DNA from: Youngiibacter fragilis 232.1
GTDB taxonomy: Bacteria > Bacillota > Clostridia > Clostridiales > Clostridiaceae
Assembly: GCF_000495435.3 (NCBI RefSeq)
Contig: NZ_AXUN02000113.1
Coordinates: 2,828 to 26,827, forward strand
Direction of reading: 5' to 3'
Length of the DNA stretch: 24,000 nucleotides
Under the pieces are notes generated by a model that ran no database searches, had not been told where the DNA came from, and saw only the letters and a program-made list of their open reading frames with translations. A program made the position numbers and the translations under genes. Within the stretch, counting starts at the first letter, position 1; each line of letters opens with the position of its first letter. Shown here in pieces: positions 1 to 8,503 of this stretch.

Positions 1-280
1 CGAGGTAAGCACAGGACCGAAGCTTGTTGTGGCATCCCAGCCTACCCGTGGACTTGACATAGGAGCCATACAGTACATCAAGCAGGTCCTCCTGCAGCTT
101 AGAAGCGAAGGCAAGGCAGTCCTTCTCATATCCGCTGACCTTACCGACCTGTTCCAGATCAGCGACAGGATAGCAGTCCTTTATAAGGGAGAAGTCATGG
201 ACGTCAGGCCATCGGAAGAATACACCAATGAATCAATCAGCCTTTTGATGGCGGGAAAGAAGGAGGAAAAGAATGGATAA
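1..280 (+). CDS. ABC transporter ATP-binding protein, C-terminal part (gene starts upstream of the window); BMP/Nup-type nucleoside importer ATPase
   Basis: The frame is open from base 2 (EVSTGPKLVVASQPTRGLDIGAI...). It aligns with the C-terminus of the complete 501-aa double ATPase at 13338-14843, with 44 of 82 positions identical by hand count. The stop overlaps the next start (ATGGATAA at 273-280). Confidence 0.9.
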   Translation, partial: EVSTGPKLVVASQPTRGLDIGAIQYIKQVLLQLRSEGKAVLLISADLTDLFQISDRIAVLYKGEVMDVRPSEEYTNESISLLMAGKKEEKNG

Positions 281-1325
281 GGAATACAGGATAAAGCTGC
301 AGGGCCTTTTGTTCAATCTTGGCATTTCTGCATTTGCGATCCTTTTGTCCCTCGTTTTCTCCGCTCTCATCATGCTTGCTGTCGGGTATGATCCGGTGGC
401 GGCATACTCATCCATGCTTAACGGTTCATTCGGAAGCACCCAAGCCATTGCAAACACATTGAGCAAGAGCATACCGCTCATATTCTGCGGATTGTCATTC
501 TCATTCGCCGCAAAAAGCGGTGTCTTCAACATAGGAGGGGAAGGGCAGCTTAACATGGGAGCCCTTGCCAGTGCTGTTGTGGCACTCTCGATGCAGGGAA
601 TGCCCAGAGTCATTGTGATTGGTGCTTCCATACTTGCCGGATTCCTCGCCGGAGGGCTTCTTGGGGTGCTGCTGGGGCTTGCAAAATCCAAGCTTCACCT
701 AAATGAGGTAATCGTGGCAATAATGATGAATTATCTGGTAGCCCTCTTCTGCTCATACGCAGTCAGCGGACCGCTGAAGTACGAAGGTTCAGTGACTCCC
801 CAGACAGAGGCAATGGATAAGATATACATGTTCAGGAACCTTATTCCGAAATCGCAGCTGACCACTGCCCTGCTGCTGGCCCTGCTGCTGGCTCTGGTAA
901 TCTACCTGTTCTTCGCGAAGACGCGTGCAGGTTTCAACATAAGGGTTGTGGGTCAGAATCCAGATGCTGCTAAAGCCTCAGGAATAAAGGTCGGAGCAAT
1001 GATGGTAATCGCAATGGCAGTTTCCGGAGGAATCGCAGGCCTGGGAGGCATGACTGAGGTATTCGGAAAATACGGAAGGTTCATAGACGGATTTTCTCCA
1101 GGGTTCGGATTCACAGGAATTGCTGTTGCAGTTCTTGCAGCAAACAATCCATTCGGACTGATACTTACAGCCATACTTTTCGGAGCAATGGATGCAGGTG
1201 CCATGAAGATGAGCTATGTTGCGGGAATCTCAGCTACCATGGTACAGGTGATCCAGGGTATGGTAATACTCTTCGTCGCCACCCCGAATATCGCCCGTAA
1301 GATACTGTACAGGAAGGAGGCCTAA
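273..1325 (+). CDS. ABC transporter permease (BMP-family nucleoside/simple-sugar importer, NupP/YufP-like)
   Basis: 350-aa polytopic hydrophobic protein with NIGGEGQ and GFTGIAVA motifs typical of this permease family. It is a paralog of 14840-15898 and is translationally coupled to the upstream ATPase. Confidence 0.9.
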   Translation: MDKEYRIKLQGLLFNLGISAFAILLSLVFSALIMLAVGYDPVAAYSSMLNGSFGSTQAIANTLSKSIPLIFCGLSFSFAAKSGVFNIGGEGQLNMGALASAVVALSMQGMPRVIVIGASILAGFLAGGLLGVLLGLAKSKLHLNEVIVAIMMNYLVALFCSYAVSGPLKYEGSVTPQTEAMDKIYMFRNLIPKSQLTTALLLALLLALVIYLFFAKTRAGFNIRVVGQNPDAAKASGIKVGAMMVIAMAVSGGIAGLGGMTEVFGKYGRFIDGFSPGFGFTGIAVAVLAANNPFGLILTAILFGAMDAGAMKMSYVAGISATMVQVIQGMVILFVATPNIARKILYRKEA

Positions 1326-1329
1326 CAGA

Positions 1330-2241
1330 ATGGAGAACCTTACATATTTGTTTTCCTCGGATATGTTCCTTGCCACTCTCAGGCTGTCCATTCCACTGAC
1401 GCTGGCTGCGGTCGGTGCTACGATCTGCCAGAGAAGCGGCGTCATCAATCTTGGAGTCGAGGGAATGATGCTCCTTGGGGCATTCAGCGGAGTTCTTGGA
1501 GTTCATCTTACAGGAAGCCCGTACCTTGGTATAATGCTGTCGCTTGCGGTTGGAGCCCTCATTGGCTGGATATACGCGGTGCTCGTGCTGCATTACGATG
1601 CCAACCAAAGCGTCAGCGGCATAGGCCTGAACGTATTCGCATCCGGACTTACCATAGTCCTGACAAGGGCTGTATGGAAGAGTGACGGATTAAGCGGCAG
1701 CGTCAAGCAGGTCCCAAGCATAACAGTACCTGTACTGTCGGAGATTCCATTTCTCGGCTTGCTTTTCAAGAACCAGTCACCGTATCTTTATTTCACTGTA
1801 ATGATCGTAATCCTTGCCTGGTGGTTCATGTACAGGACAAAGCAGGGACTCAGGCTAAGGGCCATAGGCGAACATGATGAGGCAGCAGCGACAGTGGGAA
1901 TACCTGTCAAGCTGTACAGGTATAAGGCAATAATCGTCTGCGGAATGCTCTGCGCACTTGGCGGGTCATATCTTTCAATTGTCCAGAACAACAGGTTCGT
2001 GAAGGACATGGTAGCGGGACGAGGCTTCATGGCACTTGCCGCCAATATATTCGGCGGAGCAAATCCTCTGGGATCATGGGGTTCAAGCCTGGTATTCGCA
2101 TTCGCGCAGGCCGTAAGGATCAACCTGGAGGTGGACATACCTGACCAGTTCCTTCAGATGCTGCCCTATGCGCTCACGCTGTTCGTACTTCTTATCATTG
2201 GCCTGAAGAACAGAAAGAAGTACAAGGACAAAATCGCTTAA
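1330..2241 (+). CDS. ABC transporter permease (NupQ/YufQ-like second membrane subunit)
   Basis: 303-aa hydrophobic protein containing INLGVEGMML and GRGFMALAANIFGG. It is a paralog of 15900-16805 and starts 5 nt after the previous stop. Confidence 0.9.
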   Translation: MENLTYLFSSDMFLATLRLSIPLTLAAVGATICQRSGVINLGVEGMMLLGAFSGVLGVHLTGSPYLGIMLSLAVGALIGWIYAVLVLHYDANQSVSGIGLNVFASGLTIVLTRAVWKSDGLSGSVKQVPSITVPVLSEIPFLGLLFKNQSPYLYFTVMIVILAWWFMYRTKQGLRLRAIGEHDEAAATVGIPVKLYRYKAIIVCGMLCALGGSYLSIVQNNRFVKDMVAGRGFMALAANIFGGANPLGSWGSSLVFAFAQAVRINLEVDIPDQFLQMLPYALTLFVLLIIGLKNRKKYKDKIA

Positions 2242-2337
2242 GACCAAAACACGAAGCATCAAATGGATATATTGTAGGTTGAGCATCTGCTGTACCTGAG
2301 GTCATCAGATGCGTGCATGATGATTGGAGGATTTTAA

Positions 2338-3120
2338 ATGTCAATACTTAACAAGCATGAAACAACACTTGGACAAAAACAGTATCATATAGCGCTGGCA
2401 CCTGGAGACATCGGAGAATACGTGCTTCTGCCTGGAGACCCAGCCAGATCTGACCGTGTAGCCAAATATCTCGATAATGGAGTGCTCATGGCGAACAACC
2501 GCGAGCACAGGACCTTCACCGGAACCTACAAGGGAATAAAGATAAGTGTCACATCGACCGGAATGGGATGTCCGTCAGCAGCGATCGCTGCGGAAGAGCT
2601 CATCAACATAGGCGCAAAGACGCTGATAAGGATAGGAAGCTCAGCGGCGCTTGATCCCAGGATCAATATCGGAGACCTGATGATAAGCACTTCATCAATG
2701 AAGAATGAAGGAACCTCGAAATTCTATGTTCCAGATTGCTTCCCAGCGGCACCTGATTTTGAGTTTACACACGAACTTATTATGACAGCCAAGGAAATGA
2801 TGGATGAAAGTGAACAAAAAGTATATATTGGAGTTAGTGCAACTGATGATGCGTTCTATGGCGAAACACCTGAATTCCTAGAGAGCCTGAGAAAGCTCAA
2901 GGTCATGAATATAGAGATGGAAGCATCAGCACTCTATACAATAGGACACCTAAGGGATGTAAGGGTAGCATGCATATGCGGCTGTTCGGGAAATCTCACA
3001 AACAGCGAAGTAATCTACACCAAAAAGAACGAAAGGCTTGCTGAAGCCTGGGATAAGGAAATCCAGGTAGTACTGGAAACAATAGCAAGGTTCGAGGAAG
3101 CAAAAAAAGCTAAAAAATAA
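2338..3120 (+). CDS. Nucleoside phosphorylase, PNP_UDP_1 / uridine phosphorylase family (non-canonical base pocket)
   Basis: LPGDPARSDRVA...NREH...STGMGCPSAAIAAEELINIG...LIRIGS...NIEMEASAL aligns by eye along the length of E. coli Udp. A GGAGG RBS lies upstream. The Udp FYPGQER segment is FYGETPE here (2854-2874). Confidence 0.85.
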   Translation: MSILNKHETTLGQKQYHIALAPGDIGEYVLLPGDPARSDRVAKYLDNGVLMANNREHRTFTGTYKGIKISVTSTGMGCPSAAIAAEELINIGAKTLIRIGSSAALDPRINIGDLMISTSSMKNEGTSKFYVPDCFPAAPDFEFTHELIMTAKEMMDESEQKVYIGVSATDDAFYGETPEFLESLRKLKVMNIEMEASALYTIGHLRDVRVACICGCSGNLTNSEVIYTKKNERLAEAWDKEIQVVLETIARFEEAKKAKK

Positions 3121-3155
3121 CATCGGAATTCGATTGATCAATTAAGGAGAGTCAC

Positions 3156-3899
3156 ATGGGAGAAAGAATAGGACAGGAAGATAGAGGAAAGACGCCGGTT
3201 TTTGTAGCAGTCTACGACCGGTTATATGAAATGGTGACTAATGGAACCTATCCTGCTGGGAAAGCACTCCCGCCGGAGCCGAAGCTTGCTGCCCTGCTTG
3301 ACGTAAGCCGTGAAACACTCCGTAAAGCCATGAGGCTCCTTGAAGAGGACGGACTTCTGGAGAAAGTGAAGGGTAAAGGGAATTTTGTTGTGGACCTTAA
3401 CAAACCAGGGGTTTCAAGTCTGGAAAAGCTCGGGAACCCCGTCCGCAAATGCATACAGGTGCCAATTGACGAGGATGTTGAAGTGGAAGTGCGCCTGCAG
3501 TCATCAAGCGATTACGAGCAAAAGCTTTTCAATCGTGAGACGAAGACTGCACTTGCGATTGACAGGTGGTATAGGAGCAACGGAAAGATAGTCGCCTATT
3601 CGCTGACACTTGCACCGATAGAATCAGTTCTGACTCTTGGACTTGACCTTTCAAACAAGTCCGAGGTGCTTGATTTCCTGGAGAACACGGCTTACGAGAT
3701 TGCTAGCCGTGCCCATATCAAGGTGAAGACAACCTGGGTAGGAAAGTTCATAAGCGACCGTTATGTACTTAGCGAGGATGAAGAACTGAGCCTCATACAG
3801 GAGAACCTCTATACTGAAGATGAATTTACACTTCTGATCCACAACAAGCACTACATATTGCCTGAAGTCTGTTCGATCGAGATCAATGCGACGCATTGA
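3156..3899 (+). CDS. GntR-family transcriptional regulator (HutC-like, C-terminal UTRA-type effector domain)
   Basis: N-terminal winged HTH (LPPEPKLAALLDVSRETLRKAMRLLEEDGLLEKVKGKGNFV). 247 aa. AAGGAGA RBS. Paralogous in position and sequence to 17658-18461. Confidence 0.85.
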   Translation: MGERIGQEDRGKTPVFVAVYDRLYEMVTNGTYPAGKALPPEPKLAALLDVSRETLRKAMRLLEEDGLLEKVKGKGNFVVDLNKPGVSSLEKLGNPVRKCIQVPIDEDVEVEVRLQSSSDYEQKLFNRETKTALAIDRWYRSNGKIVAYSLTLAPIESVLTLGLDLSNKSEVLDFLENTAYEIASRAHIKVKTTWVGKFISDRYVLSEDEELSLIQENLYTEDEFTLLIHNKHYILPEVCSIEINATH

Positions 3900-3946
3900 C
3901 CAAAGCGATGATCTGAACATTCTGGCGGAATTGGAGAGAGGTAAGG

Positions 3947-5299
3947 ATGGATAATACACTACTGATAAAAAATATAAGGCATCTCGTGACCTGCGATGAC
4001 AAGGATCGCATCCTTGAGGATACCAACCTTTTTGTAAGGGATGGAGTCATCGTATCTATAGGGGACTCACAGCCTGAGGCATCCAGAGTCATAGACGGCT
4101 CGGACCTTGCGGTATATCCGGGACTAGTGAACACGCATCACCACCTGTACCAGATACTGACGAGAAATCTGCCTCAGGTACAGAACCTTGAACTGTTCGA
4201 CTGGCTGACAAAGCTCTACCAGATATGGAAGAACCTGACAACTGACGCCATCTATGACAGCTCAATGGCAGGCATGGGTGAACTTGCGAAATTCGGATGC
4301 AGCACTGTGTTCGACCACCATTATGTTTTCCCGAAGGAAAGCAATGATTTCCTGTCAGCTCAGTTTGAAGCGGCAGGAAAACTCGGAGTCAGGATGGCAG
4401 TATCCAGAGGAAGCATGGACCTGAGCGAAAAGGATGGCGGCCTTCCACCTGATTCGGTTGTTCAGACTATCGATGAAATACTCAGAAGTTCAGAGAGAGC
4501 CGTAAACCAGTTCCATGACCCGAAGGAATACTCAATGAAACAGATTGTGCTTGCACCATGCTCACCCTTCAGCGTAACAGGAGACCTCATGAAGGAGTCA
4601 GCGAAGCTTGCAAGGGACCTTAAGGTAAGGCTCCATACCCATCTGGCGGAGACAATGGATGAAGAGGTCTATCTGAAGGAGAAGCTTGGCATAAGGCCGC
4701 TTGAATATATGGAGAGACTTGGCTGGATCGGTTCCGATGTGTGGTTTGCTCATGGCATCCACTTCAATACCGATGAACTGAAGCATCTTGCTGAGACAGG
4801 TACCGGAGTAGCTCATTGTCCCGCATCAAACATGAAGCTTTCATCAGGAGTAGCAAGGATACCTGAGATGCTGGCATTAGGGGTTCCGGTAGGCCTGGCA
4901 GTAGATGGCAGTGCCAGCAATGATGGTTCAAGCCTCATGGAGGAAATGAGGATAGCATACCTTCTTCACAGGCTAACCTCAGGAGACAAGGCTCCAAGCG
5001 GATACGAAATACTGAAGATAGCTACCAAAGGAAGTGCCAGGTTACTTGGACGACCTGAGCTGGGACATCTTGCCCCAGGTATGGCAGCTGATTTCTTTGC
5101 AGTAAAGGAAAGCCGGCTTGAATTTGCAGGAGCTGCCTTTGATGTCAGTAGCATGCTGTCAACAGTCGGAATCAAGGCTCCTGTGGACTATACGGTAGTT
5201 GCAGGAAAAGTCATAGTCGACAAAGGGATACTTGTGGGTGTGGATGAAGAGGCCCTTACAAGGCGGATCGCTAAGCACTCAAAAGGGATGATGCAGTAG
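3947..5299 (+). CDS. Amidohydrolase-superfamily aminohydrolase, 8-oxoguanine deaminase / chlorohydrolase-like (COG0402 group)
   Basis: Metal-binding NTHHHLYQ near the N-terminus. RGSMDLSEKDGGLPPDSVVQ, HTHLAET, HGIH and the DGSASND aspartate are in the canonical order for this deaminase subgroup. 450 aa. Confidence 0.8.
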   Translation: MDNTLLIKNIRHLVTCDDKDRILEDTNLFVRDGVIVSIGDSQPEASRVIDGSDLAVYPGLVNTHHHLYQILTRNLPQVQNLELFDWLTKLYQIWKNLTTDAIYDSSMAGMGELAKFGCSTVFDHHYVFPKESNDFLSAQFEAAGKLGVRMAVSRGSMDLSEKDGGLPPDSVVQTIDEILRSSERAVNQFHDPKEYSMKQIVLAPCSPFSVTGDLMKESAKLARDLKVRLHTHLAETMDEEVYLKEKLGIRPLEYMERLGWIGSDVWFAHGIHFNTDELKHLAETGTGVAHCPASNMKLSSGVARIPEMLALGVPVGLAVDGSASNDGSSLMEEMRIAYLLHRLTSGDKAPSGYEILKIATKGSARLLGRPELGHLAPGMAADFFAVKESRLEFAGAAFDVSSMLSTVGIKAPVDYTVVAGKVIVDKGILVGVDEEALTRRIAKHSKGMMQ

Positions 5300-5330
5300 A
5301 AACATGCATATGAATACAAAGACTGAACAG

Positions 5331-5354
5331 GAAGCGTGGTCTTGGCCACGCTTC
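5331..5354 (+). other. 9-bp perfect RNA hairpin between the amidohydrolase and the first hydrolase gene (possible weak terminator or mRNA stabiliser)
   Basis: GAAGCGTGG-tcttgg-CCACGCTTC followed by ttcttct. It lies inside the 5' extension of the ORF-track model 5336-6400, which argues for the 5378 start. Confidence 0.4.
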
Positions 5355-5377
5355 TTCTATCAGAGCTGGAGGAAACG

Positions 5378-6400
5378 ATGTACGAAAGAAATAGAAAAAA
5401 AGTGATCCTTGATGTAGATACGGGTTCGGATGATGCTATAGCCATAATGGTGGCACTGAAGTCAGAAAAGCTGAAGGTCGAAGGGATCTGCACAGTCTGG
5501 GGTAACCTTGGAGTAGAGCAGACCACGTTCAATACGCTTGCGGTATGCGAAGTACTGAACATGGATGTGCCTGTCTATGCCGGGTGTCCGCATAGCATGG
5601 TGAAGGACCTGACACCTGGACGTGTTCCTGAAAGTGACATAAAACCTATAATAATAGATGGCAGGGAGCTTAGCCTTCATAGTGAGAGGTTAAGCGGATT
5701 GCCTGATACAAATAAGACCAGGGAAGCACTCCACGCGGTTGAGTTCTATCATAAGTACCTGAAGGAAACCACCGAACCTGTGACAATAGTCGCGGTAGGT
5801 CCCCTCACAAATCTTGGATTCCTGTTCAGGATGGCTCCTGAGCTTGCTGATAAGGTAGATGAACTGATAATAATGGGTGGAGGGGTTGAAGTGTCCAATG
5901 TCAGCGAAGGCGGTGAAGCCAATGTCTGGCATGATCCCGAGGCTCTCCAGATCATCCTTGAAGCCGGACTGAATCCGCTTCTTGTGACCCTTGATGCAAC
6001 ATTCTCCGTTCCGCTTACAGACTCGGATTGCGATGTGCTTGAATCGCTGAATACCTTCGAAGGAAGGTTCGCAGCCAGCGTGGTTCGCCAGAGGATAGAA
6101 TATGAGTCCGTGAAGCATGCGACAAGGGGAGCCTGGTCTCCTATCCACGATGCCCTCGCAGCATGCGCTTGCATCGACAGATCCGTCCTTACAGAGGTAT
6201 TGACTGAGAACTGCAGGGTGGAGTGCACCGGCATATGTGACGGTGAACTGCTCCTTGACAGGAGGGCAAAGCCTGCGTCTGCCAATGCAACGATTGCTGT
6301 AAAAGCTGACAAGGATAAGTTTTTTGGGATGCTTTGCAGCCTGTTTTCAGGTAATGGAAGGGAATCCCTGAAATCTCACGAGGAGGAAATCACGGCTTAG
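5378..6400 (+). CDS. Nucleoside hydrolase (IU-NH family, ribonucleoside N-ribohydrolase)
   Basis: N-terminal DVDTGSDDAIAI (DxDxxxDD Ca-binding fingerprint). Also GNL...NTL, GPLTN, a conserved NVWHDPEA and a later HD. I prefer the ATG at 5378 (GGAGGA 6 nt upstream) over the GTG at 5336. Confidence 0.85.
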   Translation: MYERNRKKVILDVDTGSDDAIAIMVALKSEKLKVEGICTVWGNLGVEQTTFNTLAVCEVLNMDVPVYAGCPHSMVKDLTPGRVPESDIKPIIIDGRELSLHSERLSGLPDTNKTREALHAVEFYHKYLKETTEPVTIVAVGPLTNLGFLFRMAPELADKVDELIIMGGGVEVSNVSEGGEANVWHDPEALQIILEAGLNPLLVTLDATFSVPLTDSDCDVLESLNTFEGRFAASVVRQRIEYESVKHATRGAWSPIHDALAACACIDRSVLTEVLTENCRVECTGICDGELLLDRRAKPASANATIAVKADKDKFFGMLCSLFSGNGRESLKSHEEEITA

Positions 6401-6417
6401 TCCATGAATCAATACAT

Positions 6418-7392
6418 ATGAAAAAGAAAGTGATCCTAGACGTTGATACAGGTTCGGATGATGCGATCGCCATCATGCTTGCAATGCTATCACCGGAAAT
6501 CGAGGTCCAGGCCATATGCACCTGCAGCGGCAATGTGGACATAGGACATACCACTGACAACACTTTAAGGCTTCTCTCGAGAATGGGAAGGAACATTCCG
6601 GTATATCGGGGGCTCCCTGAACCTCTGGTCAAAAAGCTCCATAATGAGAGAAGTGTTACGAAGAAGCTTGAGGCTGTCATAGACGGTAAGGTTGCCAGGA
6701 TGCATGACGACCAGCTGAATCTCCCTGATTCAATATACAGGGAGCAGGAGATACCTGCTGTCTTCTATTACAAGGAAGCGCTGACAAATGCGGAGGACCC
6801 GCTTAATATAATAACAACCGGACCGTTGTCGAATCTCGCCACAGTGCTTTCACTCTGGCCGGATCTCGCAGGCAGGATAGGCAGCCTGACCATTATGGGC
6901 GGAGGACACAAGATATACAACAATAACTATGCCGAAGGAAACTTCTGGCATGACCCGGAAGCGGCCCAGATAGTTCTGAATTCAGGTATAGTGCCAACAC
7001 TGGTGCCGCTTGATGCAACCCACCAGGCAATAATAACAAGTGATGAAATCGAAGTGCTGAGGAGCCAGGGCAATTTCTGCAGCGAATTTGCGGCAGGACT
7101 TCTGAAACAGCGCATGAAGCTCCATACGGCAAACCAGCCGCTGCATCTTCCTGATTCAGCAACCATGCATGATGTTGTAGCTGTTGCAGCCTTCCTTGAT
7201 CCAGAGGTGTTGATGGATGTCAGGGATGTACGCTGCGCTATTGGATTTACAGGCTCTGCCGAAGGACACTGTGCCATAGACAGGAGGGAATCCAGGGAAA
7301 AGCCAAATTGCCGTTTCGCAATGTCAGCTGACAGGGAAAGGTTCGTGAAGAGATTCCTTGAAACCTTCGCCAAAGCAAAGGACATACAGTAG
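6418..7392 (+). CDS. Nucleoside hydrolase (IU-NH family), tandem paralog of the preceding gene
   Basis: Has the same KKVILDVDTGSDDAIAIM N-terminus, plus GNV...NTL, GPLSN, NFWHDPEA and MHD. 324 aa. Confidence 0.85.
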   Translation: MKKKVILDVDTGSDDAIAIMLAMLSPEIEVQAICTCSGNVDIGHTTDNTLRLLSRMGRNIPVYRGLPEPLVKKLHNERSVTKKLEAVIDGKVARMHDDQLNLPDSIYREQEIPAVFYYKEALTNAEDPLNIITTGPLSNLATVLSLWPDLAGRIGSLTIMGGGHKIYNNNYAEGNFWHDPEAAQIVLNSGIVPTLVPLDATHQAIITSDEIEVLRSQGNFCSEFAAGLLKQRMKLHTANQPLHLPDSATMHDVVAVAAFLDPEVLMDVRDVRCAIGFTGSAEGHCAIDRRESREKPNCRFAMSADRERFVKRFLETFAKAKDIQ

Positions 7393-7439
7393 GAGATATT
7401 CCAACAAGAACTGACAAATTTGTAATTAAGGAGGTACCC

Positions 7440-8330
7440 ATGAAGATAGTAGTTGTAGGGAGCCTGAACATGGACTACATTTTGCAGGTTCCGCATATCC
7501 CGAAAGAAGGCGAGACCATCCTTTCAACAGAAACAGATACATCTCTGGGAGGCAAGGGCCTGAATCAGGCTGTTGCAGCTGCCCGTTCGGGCGCCGAGGT
7601 AGCGATTATAGGAGCCATCGGTGAGGATGAAGATGGCAAAATCATGAAGGAACTCCTGGTGAAGGAAGGGATTGACCATGAAGGGCTTGATGAACAGCCA
7701 GGGCCTTCAGGCAAGGCATACATATCCATAGATGCAAAGGGTCAGAACACCATCATAGTATCTCCGGGAGCGAATTTCAGGCTTACAGAAGGATGGGTCG
7801 ACGAGCATAGGAAAGTTTTAGAGGATGCTGAGTACTGCATCATGCAGATGGAGGTACAGCTTCCCGTAATCTATTCGACGCTTAGGCTGTGCAGGGAAAT
7901 GGGAGTTAAGGTAATATTCAATCCCGCGCCTGTGAATGCCGCATTCGACAGAAGCTATCTTGGGTTTGTCGACTATCTTGTCGTCAACGAGACAGAACTC
8001 ATACTTCTGAGCGGAGGCGAGGAGGATCCTGAGAAGGCCATATCGAAGCTGCTGGCTGAGGGCGTAAGGAACATAATCTACACCATGGGGTCAGACGGGT
8101 CCAGATTCTGCAGCAGGGAGCTTGACATCAGGATACCTGTTTACAAGGTGAAGGCTGTGGATACGACTGCCGCAGGCGATACATTCATCGGTGCTTTTGC
8201 CAGCCAGTTCGATGGCAGCAACCATACCGAAGCGATGACCTACGCCTCAAGGGCAGCGGCACTTGCTGTCACCAGGGAAGGCGCCATAGGCTCGATACCG
8301 AGGAAGGAAGAGGTTGACCGGATGGCCTGA
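7440..8330 (+). CDS. rbsK: Ribokinase (PfkB family)
   Basis: MKIVVVGSLNMDY, GGKGLNQAVAAAR and the C-terminal DTTAAGDTFIGAF signature with a following TREGA anion-hole region. AAGGAGG RBS. Confidence 0.9.
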   Translation: MKIVVVGSLNMDYILQVPHIPKEGETILSTETDTSLGGKGLNQAVAAARSGAEVAIIGAIGEDEDGKIMKELLVKEGIDHEGLDEQPGPSGKAYISIDAKGQNTIIVSPGANFRLTEGWVDEHRKVLEDAEYCIMQMEVQLPVIYSTLRLCREMGVKVIFNPAPVNAAFDRSYLGFVDYLVVNETELILLSGGEEDPEKAISKLLAEGVRNIIYTMGSDGSRFCSRELDIRIPVYKVKAVDTTAAGDTFIGAFASQFDGSNHTEAMTYASRAAALAVTREGAIGSIPRKEEVDRMA

Positions 8331-8503
8331 GCCCAGTAGAAATGCCGGAATTGTGCAACTATGGAAAAAGGACTTGTTTTCGCAAAAAAAGCTGAAAATA
8401 AGTCCTTTTTTGTGCCATGTGGCATATTCTTATACCGTCTGCAATTGTTATCATATAGTCAATACAACGGGGAATTGATAATATAACCATTATGGAGGGA
8501 AAC

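Noticed and set aside
2283-2312. Hairpin GCATCTG-N16-CAGATGC between the permease and phosphorylase genes of module 1
   Set aside because: The stem is short, the loop is large and there is no U-tract. It may affect mRNA stability, but there is no evidence for a terminator or riboswitch.
8365-8411. Possible terminator after rbsK (AAAAAGGACTT...AAGTCCTTTTTT)
   Set aside because: The G/C-containing core stem is only 6 bp and the loop is 24 nt, so it is a poor intrinsic terminator. I cannot decide from the sequence whether yjjI/yjjW are co-transcribed with rbsK, so I left it unannotated.
8412-8440. TGCCA-TG-TGGCA palindrome and a TGGCA element that might suggest a sigma-54 promoter upstream of yjjI
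   Set aside because: Ten bp downstream of the GG there is TATA rather than the TTGC -12 element. The palindrome has a 2-nt centre and no second copy. There is not enough support for any regulatory call.
8440-8490. FNR/Crp-like boxes upstream of yjjI (TTGTTATCATATAGTCAA, TTGATAATATAACC)
   Set aside because: Neither is a true inverted repeat. Only the outer ATTG/CAAT or a single TTGAT half-site matches. The partial TACAAC echo of the 12029 repeat is too short to be meaningful.
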